DNA of 54,081 nt. Origin: Candidatus Dojkabacteria bacterium (GTDB taxonomy: Bacteria > Patescibacteriota > Dojkabacteria > B142 > JAFGFJ01). Positions 1 through 8,900 of the stretch are shown here, piece after piece. Each line of letters begins with the position of its first letter. The stretch's first letter is position 1. The stretch lies in NCBI GenBank assembly GCA_016931155.1, contig JAFGFJ010000003.1, positions 1 to 54,081 of the forward strand. The letters run 5' to 3'. A program made the translations under genes and the position numbers. Below the pieces are notes generated by a model, which was given only the letters and a program-made list of their open reading frames with translations, was not told the origin of the DNA and did not search any database.

Positions 1-127
1 CCTGATCATTCTGATGCATCTGATCTGTCTGATACGCCTGATGCACCTGATCATTCTGATGCATCTGATCTGTCTGATACGCCTGATCTGTCTGATGCGC
101 CTGATCTGTCTGATGCGCCTGATCTGT
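1..127 (-). repeat. In-frame 9-nt tandem repeat (about 14 copies, continues beyond the window edge) encoding x-Q-x tripeptides
   Basis: The motif ctgat recurs at + positions 2, 11, 20 ... 119, a strict period of 9. On the coding (-) strand the units read DQA/HQT/DQA/YQT/DQM/HQN/DQV. There is a higher-order ~36-45 nt duplication. Confidence 0.9.
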
Positions 128-1762
128 CCCGGAAGAAATAAATGAAGCAGACTCCGGATAAATCTCTGCATTCGCATAATCGCCTATAGAATTATCGGCA
201 ACTCCATCTCCTCCATTACGTTCATTTTGCTCAAATTCCTCCCTCCTTCGTCTGGACCATATAAGATAAATTGCCCAGGGAATAAATAGAAGTAGAACAA
301 CAGCACAGGCAACACTTATCATCAGCACAATGCCATTTGTATTTATACTGGATGCACTTTGTTTTTGAGGAGTAGAAGGAACATCAGGTTTTATCATCAT
401 TCCCTCAACACTGAAATTCCAGTCTTCTTGAATCTGCTCGTTTGCCTCATTTTCATAGACGACCTTCACCTTATGAAGCCCTGATTCCAAACTATTATTA
501 ATTTTGCAAGCAAAAGCTGTTGCAGAGACTGTACAGTCTCCAGTAATTTCAATACCATCAAGAAAAATCTGAACCGACTCAACCTTTATCTTTTTATCAA
601 AAATAACAAAATCCCCTGAGATTTCCGAAAGGTCTGCAGTAACATTGGAATTCCGCAATGGAGAAAGATTGTAAAGGGAAGAAACACTCTCAACTTCAAT
701 TCCTGGGTCGTTGGCAACAATATATTTCCCCCCAATAAGCTGATTTTTTACCTGCTCACTACTCCCATCAATTACACTAAGCCTCAAATAGTATTCTCCA
801 TTAGGCAGTGTACTGGTGTCCCAATTTGATTCTTTATTACTACCATCCAATTGACTTATCAGAACCCAACTCACACCATTATTCGAATACTCAAGAATCT
901 GCTTTTCCACCCTTTCGCTATCATCTGCCTGCCAGGAGATTATATTGTCTTTACCAGATATAACTGTGGCAATAGAAGTCTTAAAACTTAAAACTGATGG
1001 AGCATTAACTATCCCATCGACAGTTGGTTTTGGGTTTATATTTATAGAAAATACTTGCAGAGATACTCCACCTTTTCCATCTTCCACCCTTAAAACAACT
1101 TCATACGCTCCAACCTTGTCAGCAGTCCCATTAAGAAGTCCGGATGTTTCATTTATCGAAAGCCATTCAGGTGATGATACTAATCTATAAGCTAATTTAT
1201 TATTGTCTTCATCGTCTGACCTCATCTGATATGAAAACAAGTCACCTTCTTTTAGGTTCAATTTTGGGGGAACTGATAGTATCTCAGGATTATGATTTTT
1301 GCGGTTTAAAAGTGAAATTTTACTTTTTGAGCTCAATGCATACGGGTCTTTTCCATTCAGTAATGTTACTTTCGCTTCAACACAATACTCTCCATCTTCT
1401 TGAGCACTCACATCAAGCAATGCATCCATACTATCCCACTGATACACATAGAAACCATTGTTTCCTTGTATATTTATATCACTGGAAATTGTGCCAATCC
1501 TGGTACTACAATTTTTATCAAGTAAATTTATCTCAAAAGGAATTTTTCCTTGATCAGCATCAATCATTTTCCACACTATCTTCTGCTTCCCAGTTACTGT
1601 CTGACCGGAAAAAGGAAGAGCAAGAAAAAATTCGTCCTGTCTATCAATTATCGCTGGATTGCTTTGCGAATAGACTGAAAAAGATAGCATAGGAAACAGC
1701 AGAACAACCGCTGAAAATATCGAAAAACAAATTATTAGCTTCTCAAAAATTGAATTTTTCAT
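1..1762 (-). CDS. Surface protein, 3'-partial (runs off the left edge): signal peptide, putative-Ig (He_PIG/cadherin-like) region, C-terminal TM helix, Gln-rich repeat tail
   Basis: Absent from the ORF track because no stop lies in the window. Hand translation from ATG 1762-1760 stays open to the window edge. It starts MKNSIFEKLIICFSIFSAVVLLFPMLSFSVYSQ (signal-like). It contains NNKLAYRLVSSPEWLSINETSGLLNGTADKVGAYEVVLRVEDGKGG (He_PIG-type motif) and GIVLMISVACAVVLLLFIPWAIYLIW-SRRRREE (TM plus positive stop-transfer), then TDQAHQTDQAHQTDQAYQ repeats. The + ORFs 945..1190 and 1144..1692 are antisense shadows. Only 8 nt separate its start from the upstream gene's stop. Confidence 0.8.
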   Translation of the reverse strand, partial: MKNSIFEKLIICFSIFSAVVLLFPMLSFSVYSQSNPAIIDRQDEFFLALPFSGQTVTGKQKIVWKMIDADQGKIPFEINLLDKNCSTRIGTISSDINIQGNNGFYVYQWDSMDALLDVSAQEDGEYCVEAKVTLLNGKDPYALSSKSKISLLNRKNHNPEILSVPPKLNLKEGDLFSYQMRSDDEDNNKLAYRLVSSPEWLSINETSGLLNGTADKVGAYEVVLRVEDGKGGVSLQVFSININPKPTVDGIVNAPSVLSFKTSIATVISGKDNIISWQADDSERVEKQILEYSNNGVSWVLISQLDGSNKESNWDTSTLPNGEYYLRLSVIDGSSEQVKNQLIGGKYIVANDPGIEVESVSSLYNLSPLRNSNVTADLSEISGDFVIFDKKIKVESVQIFLDGIEITGDCTVSATAFACKINNSLESGLHKVKVVYENEANEQIQEDWNFSVEGMMIKPDVPSTPQKQSASSINTNGIVLMISVACAVVLLLFIPWAIYLIWSRRRREEFEQNERNGGDGVADNSIGDYANAEIYPESASFISSGTDQAHQTDQAHQTDQAYQTDQMHQNDQVHQAYQTDQMHQNDQ

Positions 1763-1770
1763 TTTTATGC

Positions 1771-3105
1771 TTATTGCGCAGGCTCCAGCTTGCCTTTATT
1801 ATCGATAATTGAGTTTACCTCGTTCTGAGAAGTCAGTAATGACTGGTTCAGGTTTCCGTTTAGGCTTGTCTCCAACATAGTGTCAAAAGATTTTTTGACT
1901 TTTCCTCCATCGACCATTTTCCAGCTCCTGATAAAAGGGAATGACTCTACATACGCTTTGAGATGCTCATTAGTTGTGAGTTCACTGGCCATTTCCCTTC
2001 GTGGATAAAGCTCCCCAAAAGCACGATTTTCCGCCGCCTTGTTATGGAAAGTTCTGAGCTGATCAGGTTGAGTTATGAAATTGAGAAAGTCCCACGCAAC
2101 ATCAGGATTTGCACTATCCCTCGATACTACTTGCCCCCAATAGCTTCCAACCTGAATTCTCGTATCTTCAAGATTCTCAAGCTGTGGCATAGGGGCTGTA
2201 GCATAATCGAGACCCAGATTGTATTGTTCATTATATTTCACAACATCAAGAAGACGCCAGCTTGGAGCAGCGTACATCGCAAGTTTTCCGCTCAGAAAAG
2301 CTGCAATATCTATTTGCTGTTTATTGTTCCATGTCGAGTCATTTCCACCCGCAAAATCCAGATAAAAAGATAGTGCTCCGAATATATCACTATCCGTTGC
2401 AAAGACAGCAGTACTTTTATCTGAAGAAAGAATATTTCCTCCTGACTGAAGCATAAGCAAGTTTACTATTTCAAAGGCAAATTGTGTGTTTTCGGGTACG
2501 GCGGCAGAAAAACCGGCCGTGCTGATCTCATTTGCTTTTCTTGTTGTTAGAGTTCTTGCCTGAATTTTAAAATCGTCCCAACTGCTTGACGGAACTGTAT
2601 AACCTTCTGCCTCAAGAAGATCCTTGTTGTATATGATCGCCAGACAGTCTATTCCAAGTGGGATTCCCAAGATAAGACCACTAGAACCAGTAAAATCATC
2701 AGACACAAAATCATAGAAATCTGAACGAAATTTTGTCGGATCAACCACGCTGCTTGGAGCAGGGGAAAGAAAAGACTCATAGTTTCCTGTCCAGGTATTA
2801 TGAATTGTAAAAATATCCGGTCCAGTCCTTGGAAGACCGTCAGTAAGATTGGATTCAAGAAGAGTACGATAATCCGATAAGTCTCTTTCAGCATACTGAA
2901 TAGTGACATTTGAATGAGCTGATTGATAAGCCTCAATAAGAGGACGTACATTTTCCACAGGCTCAAAAAGATTCCACCAAATGAGTGTCACAGGTTCATC
3001 AGTACTCAGCGTATCATCACTTTTTGGCTTACAACCAGCAAGAACCAGTGACAAAACTGTAAAAACGAGGAGAAAAAGTTTAAACCTATATCCCTTTTGT
3101 TTCAT
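1771..3105 (-). CDS. ABC-transporter extracellular solute-binding lipoprotein (family 1, sugar-type)
   Basis: 444 aa. Lipobox LVLAGC after a basic/hydrophobic signal (MKQKGYRFKLFLLVFTVLSLVLAGC). Overall SBP_bac_1-like layout (LIWWNLFEP, PDIFTIHNTW, AMYAAPSW). No permease or ATPase genes are adjacent. Confidence 0.75.
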   Translation of the reverse strand: MKQKGYRFKLFLLVFTVLSLVLAGCKPKSDDTLSTDEPVTLIWWNLFEPVENVRPLIEAYQSAHSNVTIQYAERDLSDYRTLLESNLTDGLPRTGPDIFTIHNTWTGNYESFLSPAPSSVVDPTKFRSDFYDFVSDDFTGSSGLILGIPLGIDCLAIIYNKDLLEAEGYTVPSSSWDDFKIQARTLTTRKANEISTAGFSAAVPENTQFAFEIVNLLMLQSGGNILSSDKSTAVFATDSDIFGALSFYLDFAGGNDSTWNNKQQIDIAAFLSGKLAMYAAPSWRLLDVVKYNEQYNLGLDYATAPMPQLENLEDTRIQVGSYWGQVVSRDSANPDVAWDFLNFITQPDQLRTFHNKAAENRAFGELYPRREMASELTTNEHLKAYVESFPFIRSWKMVDGGKVKKSFDTMLETSLNGNLNQSLLTSQNEVNSIIDNKGKLEPAQ

Positions 3106-3144
3106 TTTTCAAATAATTATCCAGCTACAGCCTATCATAAAAGC

Positions 3145-6138
3145 TTAGCCGCCTCCACCTGATACCGTCACTGAAATCCCAGCAGACTTAAATGTACCTC
3201 CGTTTGTGCCGGTTCCGGTGACATAAAGTTGATAGTCTCCAGTCACAGCTTCCCAAACCGCATTAAATGTCCCACTACCACTCATAGGAATACTTTTTGT
3301 TATCGGACCCACAACCACGAGAGTAACACCACTAAGTGGTCCATTACTTCCAGTGTAGGCAGCAGAAACTGTTATTGATCCTGCAGAAACGTTCGACCCG
3401 TTCGCTGGTGATGTTATATTTAAGTTTGGTGTTATCTCTGAACCTACATAGACTACTACCGAATTTTCTCCTTGTTTGCCTGTGCTGTCTTTAACTCTTA
3501 CCATAAATAAATACGCACCATTTTCAAGACTAGGCACACTAAACGATCCAGTGAAAGGTACGTTATCCGCCTGCCCGATCTTACTATCCCCAATAAAGAA
3601 CTCAACTTTAGTAATATCCCCCTGAGTAGAAAAGGCATTTACTTTGACATTTACTGACCCGCTCAGCACCTCTCCGGCCGTTGGACTACTTATCGTAGCC
3701 CACGGGGTAGAGCCTCCCCCAGGATTCCTGTTTACATCGCAATACTCTGTTGGCACTCCATACTGTGCATCACCTTTACCAGAAAGAAAAGCATCAACAA
3801 ACTTCTGAAGTTCATCAATAGGCATTTTGACAGTCTTAAAAGTTCTTTCCACAGTGTTACCCGTCAACCTGTCTATATCCCTTGCAAGTCTATCTGTCTG
3901 GTCAATACATACCTCAGCTTTCTGGACTACAAGGTAGGATGGAGGAACTTTATCTGCTATCACAAGATCACCTTTTGCATCACAATCTTCAGCACCTTCC
4001 GGACAGCTTGACGATACGACTAAGCCCCCGGGGCGGAAAAATGGTGTTTTTTCGGGGAAACTGCCAAGTATCTGCTTAGTATATTCGCTGACCCAGGGCT
4101 TAACACTCGTAGAGCCGAATGGCTGGTTTACCATTGGAGTATTATCATTGTTTCCAAGCCAACCCAGTGTTACAAAATCCGGTGTCCAGAGAGCATACCA
4201 GGTATCTTTATGAGATTCTGAGGTTCCAGTTTTTCCTGCAATATCACGCCCATCAAATTTTTCTACAGGAGCTGCACTTCCGCTTCTGGATTTTGGGTTC
4301 AAGACATCATTTACAAGAAATATTGCCTGCTGGTTTGCTACCAGCTTTTTCTCAGGTTTTAATTCAAATATTGTTTTACCTTTTTTGTCTTCAATCTTCG
4401 AGATCACCTCGTGCCGGACAAAATCTCCACCATTTGCAAAAACCCCAAAACCTTGAGCATGTTCGACCATCTTTACATCAGATCCGCCAATTGCAATAGA
4501 AGGTCCATATCCCCCGGGATTATCGTATGTCGTATAACCAAAGGCTTTCGAATTATCTATATATGACTGGACTCCTGCCGCCTCAGCAGAAACAATTGCA
4601 GGAATATTTCGAGATTCAGCCAGCATTATCCTTGCCGTATTAACACCAAAAAATCCTCCGTCCGAGTTTCTCGGTCTGTATCCCCTAATATCGATCGGAA
4701 CATCTGCCATATATGAACCAGGAGCTATAATACCTTTGTCAAATGCAGTGTAATAGGCAATAGCTTTTGCAGTAGAACCAGGAGAATGACGAGCTGTTGC
4801 ATTGTTTACATTACCTTCAAACTTACAGTTTTTACCCGGAGTACATCCATCGGGTTCAGAAGAAGCCCAATAGTCTTTTGAGCCAACCATAGTCAATACT
4901 TCACCTGTTGAAGGACGAAGAGTCATAAGAGCTGCATTCGACGCCCTGTGCCTTGCCCCATAAACAGAAACAGCTTTCTGAACATTTGCCTCTGCTATTT
5001 GCTGAAGATCATAATCAAGAGTCGTATAGATGCTGTATCCTCCAGTTTCAATGTCCGACAAGGCGAAAGGAATACCATCGTTATATTCTCTCTGTTGAAG
5101 TAACTCCTGTGCATAAAAAACAAAATGCGGAGCTTTAATATCAATTCTGGGTACCTGATATACCAATTCTTGTGCCTTTGCCTCCTCAATCTTCTCAATA
5201 GTAAACCAGTCTTCTTCATCGAGATAAGAATTTACTTTTTTAATTTTCTCTTCAAGTTGTCTCAAAACATAACTTTCCTGTCTTGTCTTAGCCGTTTGTT
5301 TTCCTTTTTCAGGATCTGGAGCAATGGTAGGGGAGTTGTAAACCGGATTTTGTGGAATTCCCGCAAGAACAGCCGCCTCAGCAAGCGTCAAATCTTTCGG
5401 CTCTTTACCAAAATAGAATTCAGAAGCACTTTTTATTCCATAAACGTTACTTCCAAATGGAATTACATTCAGATACATTTCAAGAATTTCGTCTTTTGTA
5501 TATTTCCTTTCAACCTGAAGAGAAAGAAGTAACTCTTTAACTTTTCTCTCAATCTTCCTCTCATTAGTCAGAACCGTCAGCTTAACCATTTGCTGAGTGA
5601 TCGTACTTCCCCCACAGACGACACCTTTTTTAAGCAAATAATTATTCACACCGCATCTTGCTATTGCAATAAAATCGAAACCAGGATGCTCATAAAAGTC
5701 GGCATCTTCAGCAGCTAAAAATACCCATCTAACCTGTTCTGGTATTTCATCTATGGATATTTGATCTCTGTTTTCTTCACCAAAAACCTTGTAAAGCTCG
5801 ACCCCATTCCTGTCATAAATTACACTTGCTGTATTTTTCTCTCCGAACGGATCATCAGGACTTGGTAATTCAGCACTTATTTTCTGAAGGTATGAAAGAG
5901 TCCAAAGGGTAGCAATAAATCCCAGAATAACAAAAGTTGTAAGAAGCACAAGAGCAATTTTTTTGAGCTTAACCCTGAAGATTGTTGCATCTCCGAGCCT
6001 TCTCAATTTGCCTCTAAGACCTGCCCCTTTTGTGCCAGGTGACCAATTTCTGCCGGAGTAATTTCTTTTACCCCTTTTCCCGAATCTGCTTTTAGCAGAG
6101 TTGTTCCCCAGACTTATTGTAGTTGAATATTTTGCCAT
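3145..6138 (-). CDS. Class A penicillin-binding protein (GT51 transglycosylase + transpeptidase) with two C-terminal Ig-like domains
   Basis: 997 aa. N-terminal TM anchor. GT51 motifs EDADFYEHPGFD, GGSTITQQ and RKIERKVKE. Transpeptidase motifs SxxK (STAK), SxN (SRN) and KTGT. The C-terminal ~190 aa form two beta-rich repeats (TISSPTAGEVLSGSVNVKV, NITSPANGSNVSAGSITVSA) ending in GGGG. Confidence 0.93.
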   Translation of the reverse strand: MAKYSTTISLGNNSAKSRFGKRGKRNYSGRNWSPGTKGAGLRGKLRRLGDATIFRVKLKKIALVLLTTFVILGFIATLWTLSYLQKISAELPSPDDPFGEKNTASVIYDRNGVELYKVFGEENRDQISIDEIPEQVRWVFLAAEDADFYEHPGFDFIAIARCGVNNYLLKKGVVCGGSTITQQMVKLTVLTNERKIERKVKELLLSLQVERKYTKDEILEMYLNVIPFGSNVYGIKSASEFYFGKEPKDLTLAEAAVLAGIPQNPVYNSPTIAPDPEKGKQTAKTRQESYVLRQLEEKIKKVNSYLDEEDWFTIEKIEEAKAQELVYQVPRIDIKAPHFVFYAQELLQQREYNDGIPFALSDIETGGYSIYTTLDYDLQQIAEANVQKAVSVYGARHRASNAALMTLRPSTGEVLTMVGSKDYWASSEPDGCTPGKNCKFEGNVNNATARHSPGSTAKAIAYYTAFDKGIIAPGSYMADVPIDIRGYRPRNSDGGFFGVNTARIMLAESRNIPAIVSAEAAGVQSYIDNSKAFGYTTYDNPGGYGPSIAIGGSDVKMVEHAQGFGVFANGGDFVRHEVISKIEDKKGKTIFELKPEKKLVANQQAIFLVNDVLNPKSRSGSAAPVEKFDGRDIAGKTGTSESHKDTWYALWTPDFVTLGWLGNNDNTPMVNQPFGSTSVKPWVSEYTKQILGSFPEKTPFFRPGGLVVSSSCPEGAEDCDAKGDLVIADKVPPSYLVVQKAEVCIDQTDRLARDIDRLTGNTVERTFKTVKMPIDELQKFVDAFLSGKGDAQYGVPTEYCDVNRNPGGGSTPWATISSPTAGEVLSGSVNVKVNAFSTQGDITKVEFFIGDSKIGQADNVPFTGSFSVPSLENGAYLFMVRVKDSTGKQGENSVVVYVGSEITPNLNITSPANGSNVSAGSITVSAAYTGSNGPLSGVTLVVVGPITKSIPMSGSGTFNAVWEAVTGDYQLYVTGTGTNGGTFKSAGISVTVSGGGG

Positions 6139-6211
6139 TTTGAAAAGTTGAGATAACTATTATGTTACATCAATAAAATGCTAATTGCCATTATAACAAA
6201 CAAAAAATACT

Positions 6212-6220
6212 TGGTATAAT
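6212..6220 (+). promoter_or_regulatory. Extended -10 promoter element (TGGTATAAT) upstream of tRNA-Ser
   Basis: TGnTATAAT match about 79 nt upstream of the tRNA. No convincing -35. The same extended -10 form recurs at 31250 and 33211. Confidence 0.3.
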
Positions 6221-6298
6221 GGAAGTCGTTTAAAGTGTACGGATCACGAATCGGGAGTTATAGTGACCTCGTGTTATCGACAACAACATAACATATAA

Positions 6299-6388
6299 GG
6301 AGAGGTGTCAGAGTGGTCGAATGAGCTTGTCTTGAAAACAAGTGCGCGGGCAACCGTGCCGTGGGTTCGAATCCCACCCTCTCCGCCA
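6299..6388 (+). tRNA. tRNA-Ser (anticodon UGA), type II with long variable arm, CCA encoded
   Basis: Hand-folded. Acceptor GGAGAGG/CCTCTCC. D arm TCA-GAGTGGTCGAA-TGA. Anticodon stem CTTGT/ACAAG with loop CTTGAAA (TGA). Variable arm GCGCGG-GCAA-CCGTGC. T arm GTGGG-TTCGAAT-CCCAC. Discriminator G then CCA. Confidence 0.95.
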
Positions 6389-6558
6389 AGTTTTACATTC
6401 AGCGAAATTGAAAGATGTTGCCTCGGCGCAAAGCGCCTCGGTATGGTATTTTTCCTCAACTCCCTTGAATAATCAAAGGAAAAATGTATCCTAATAATTA
6501 TGATTTCAATATAGGCAGGCTTAATACTATCCTAGTATAGCAGTATTATAATACAAGT

Positions 6559-6765
6559 ATGACATAAGAGAATAAAACCAACAAGAACATTAAGAAACTA
6601 AGACAATCTAAAAGCTTATCGCAAATTCGTCTCTCAAAATTGTCCGATGTTTCTTATAATTCAATTGTCAAACTTAAAACAAGCGGAATTACTAACCCCA
6701 CAATTAATACCTTACAAAAAATAGATAAGGCACTAGATGTTTCAGTTGATGATTTATTAAAATGA
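6559..6765 (+). pseudogene. XRE-family helix-turn-helix regulator with an in-frame TAA at codon 3
   Basis: The frame reads ATG ACA TAA, then ENKTNKNIKKLRQSKSLSQIRLSKLSDVSYNSIVKLKTSGITNPTINTLQKIDKALDVSVDDLLK*. This is the classic XRE/Cro-C1 pattern. No ATG, GTG or TTG follows the stop until deep in the HTH. TATAAT at 6547-6552 lies 6 nt before the ATG (leaderless geometry). Its stop overlaps the next gene's start (ATGA at 6762-6765). Confidence 0.55.
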
Positions 6766-7490
6766 AAATGAATAAAAAAGCAATTTTAATTCTGATAATC
6801 CTGTTATCGATTTTAATATTGACAGGATACACCTTGTTTCAGATAAGTAAATCACGAACATTCCAGTTCTTTGGCGGATTGACCGCTAGGATAAATACCA
6901 ATCAAAAAGTTGTTGCATTAACTTTTGATGACGCACCGACAGAATATACCTCAGAAGTATTATATATACTTGCCGAGAAGAATATCAAAGCCACTTTTTA
7001 CGCAATAGGTCAAGCGATAGAAAAGAATCCGAAAGAGGCTAAAGCAATAGCTGACGCAGGGATGGAAATTGGCAATCATTCCTACTCTCATCAAAGATTT
7101 TTGTTGAAATCGCAATCACATATTGACTTCGAGATTCAAAAAACGAATCAACTGATACGAGATACGGGTTACAAGGGCGAAATAACATTTCGACCACCTA
7201 ATGGCAAAAAACTATTTGGGTTACCATGGTATCTCACCCGAAACAATATAGAGACAATAATGTGGGACGTTGAGCCAGACACATATTATCCAGGGAATGT
7301 TAAAAGTATTACTAACTATACAATACAAAATACCAAACCAGGTTCAATTATACTTCTCCATCCCTTTTGTGGATCTGCGTGCGAAGCAGATAGGAAAGCA
7401 TTGCCGGAAATAGTTGATGGCTTAACAGCAAAGGGTTACAAATTCGTAACAATCAATCAACTTTTGGAATATGAAAAAAGTAAAGAATAA
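6762..7490 (+). CDS. Polysaccharide deacetylase (NodB homology domain, CE4), membrane-anchored
   Basis: 242 aa. N-terminal TM. NodB motifs TFDDAP, HSYSH and RPPNG, plus LLHP. Confidence 0.88.
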   Translation: MKMNKKAILILIILLSILILTGYTLFQISKSRTFQFFGGLTARINTNQKVVALTFDDAPTEYTSEVLYILAEKNIKATFYAIGQAIEKNPKEAKAIADAGMEIGNHSYSHQRFLLKSQSHIDFEIQKTNQLIRDTGYKGEITFRPPNGKKLFGLPWYLTRNNIETIMWDVEPDTYYPGNVKSITNYTIQNTKPGSIILLHPFCGSACEADRKALPEIVDGLTAKGYKFVTINQLLEYEKSKE

Positions 7491-7524
7491 CCAACCACTA
7501 AGACATTAGTGTTTCAATTGTACT

Positions 7525-8184
7525 ATGATATTAGCAAAATATAATAAAATATCAGTGTTTGTCATCTCGTTCTTTTTGTTGTGGACGTTAGCTTGGTTGA
7601 TACGTATTTTTTTAGTCGCAACAATGTGGTCATCCCTTAACATGTCGTCAAATCAAAATTTACTCTATTGGTCGGTAATGAAAATTATTGTTTGGGTTGT
7701 CTTCCCAATTATTTACATCAAAAAGAATTCTCCTTTCGAAAATATCAAGAAATTTATTGGGCTTCAAAACGCAAAGAGAGGAATTCTTTATGGATTATAT
7801 GTAAGCATTGCTTGGATTACTCTATCATATTTTTTCCAAGGACCACCAAAATTAAATCTTGTTTTCTCCTTGACGCTTTTATGGGTAATAGCTGGTACGC
7901 CAATCTCTGAAGAATTTTCTTTTCGGGGTATCATTCTACCTGGTTTGCAAAAGGCTGGAATGGCATTTTGGCCTGCCAATATTATTACCTCGGTTATTTT
8001 TATTTGTATTCATTGTCTAGGATGGGCGTTTCAAGGAGTATTGGCGACCAGTTTATTTTCTGTTACTTCCTGCAGTATTTTGCTCTTTAGCCTAGTAGCA
8101 GGCTGGTTGCGTTACAAATCAGATTCTTTGTATGGAAGTGTAATTTTACATTCGCTTAATAATTTATTTTCTGCACTGAAATAA
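7525..8184 (+). CDS. CPBP-family intramembrane glutamic endopeptidase (CAAX protease / bacteriocin self-immunity type)
   Basis: 219 aa, multi-pass. Signature motifs EEFSFRG (EExxxR), FICIH (FxxxH) and HSLNN (HxxxN). Confidence 0.85.
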   Translation: MILAKYNKISVFVISFFLLWTLAWLIRIFLVATMWSSLNMSSNQNLLYWSVMKIIVWVVFPIIYIKKNSPFENIKKFIGLQNAKRGILYGLYVSIAWITLSYFFQGPPKLNLVFSLTLLWVIAGTPISEEFSFRGIILPGLQKAGMAFWPANIITSVIFICIHCLGWAFQGVLATSLFSVTSCSILLFSLVAGWLRYKSDSLYGSVILHSLNNLFSALK

Positions 8185-8900
8185 GATAGAGACGCAACTT
8201 GCCAGTTTCACTGGCACGAAATTCGGCGTCGGAAATAATTGGAATCGAAAAGTGAGCACGTGCAAAAAATCCTTCCGCCCAACATTCTTCCTTTTTGCCC
8301 GTCCGAGCGCTTGGATTTTAAAATTCAGGATTTGGATCTTCTTCAAAAAATGTTCGTACTTCATTCAAAAAATACCGCCAATTGTTCTTTATTCGGACTC
8401 GATCAATTTCCATCAGCTTTTCAATTACCGGTGTGTATTTTACTTCAACCATAATACGCACAAAAGAAAAACACATTTTTTAAAAGATCAAATTTCGAAT
8501 TAAATTTCCTGTGAATTATTTTAAGTTTGAAGGCGTTAATTTTTTACTGATAATCTGCATTATTGTTGCCCCGATACTGAGAAAACTTGCTGATTATCCT
8601 TCTCTCATTAAATCTATTTATCCATCTACATGCTATACCAATATTTCGATTTAGGCTTTTTGCTATGGCTTTTACTGGAAAATTATCGGTACTTAAAACT
8701 GCTACCAACACCCATCTCGTATAAAGCTGAGCTACCCTTGCGATGAAAATTTATCAAAATATCCTTTCCCTCCTCTTTTAATCGGGCAGCTTTTATCATA
8801 CATTTATTATACCTATAAGAACCGGGGTTATGTTTTGTGCACACTATAGTAATTAGAAAAACACCAAAAACTTTGAATACATTTATTGAAGAATTATTAA

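Noticed and set aside
1-127. Possible CRISPR-like or non-coding satellite repeat at the left edge
   Set aside because: The period is only 9 nt with no spacers. The repeat is in frame with, and part of, the minus-strand CDS.
945-1692. Track ORFs 945..1190 (+) and 1144..1692 (+)
   Set aside because: Their translations are low-quality (rich in L, S, H, Y and C). They lie entirely antisense to the well-structured minus-strand surface-protein gene 1..1762, so they are shadow ORFs.
6274-6459. 61-aa minus-strand ORF
   Set aside because: It is antisense to the confidently folded tRNA-Ser. Its peptide contains the reverse translation of the T-arm (GGIRTHG), a classic artefact.
8164-8503. Track ORFs 8164..8364 (-), 8239..8454 (+) and 8252..8503 (+)
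   Set aside because: They overlap one another, have odd composition and carry no motifs. One overlaps the 3' end of the CPBP gene. The region is treated as non-coding or remnant.
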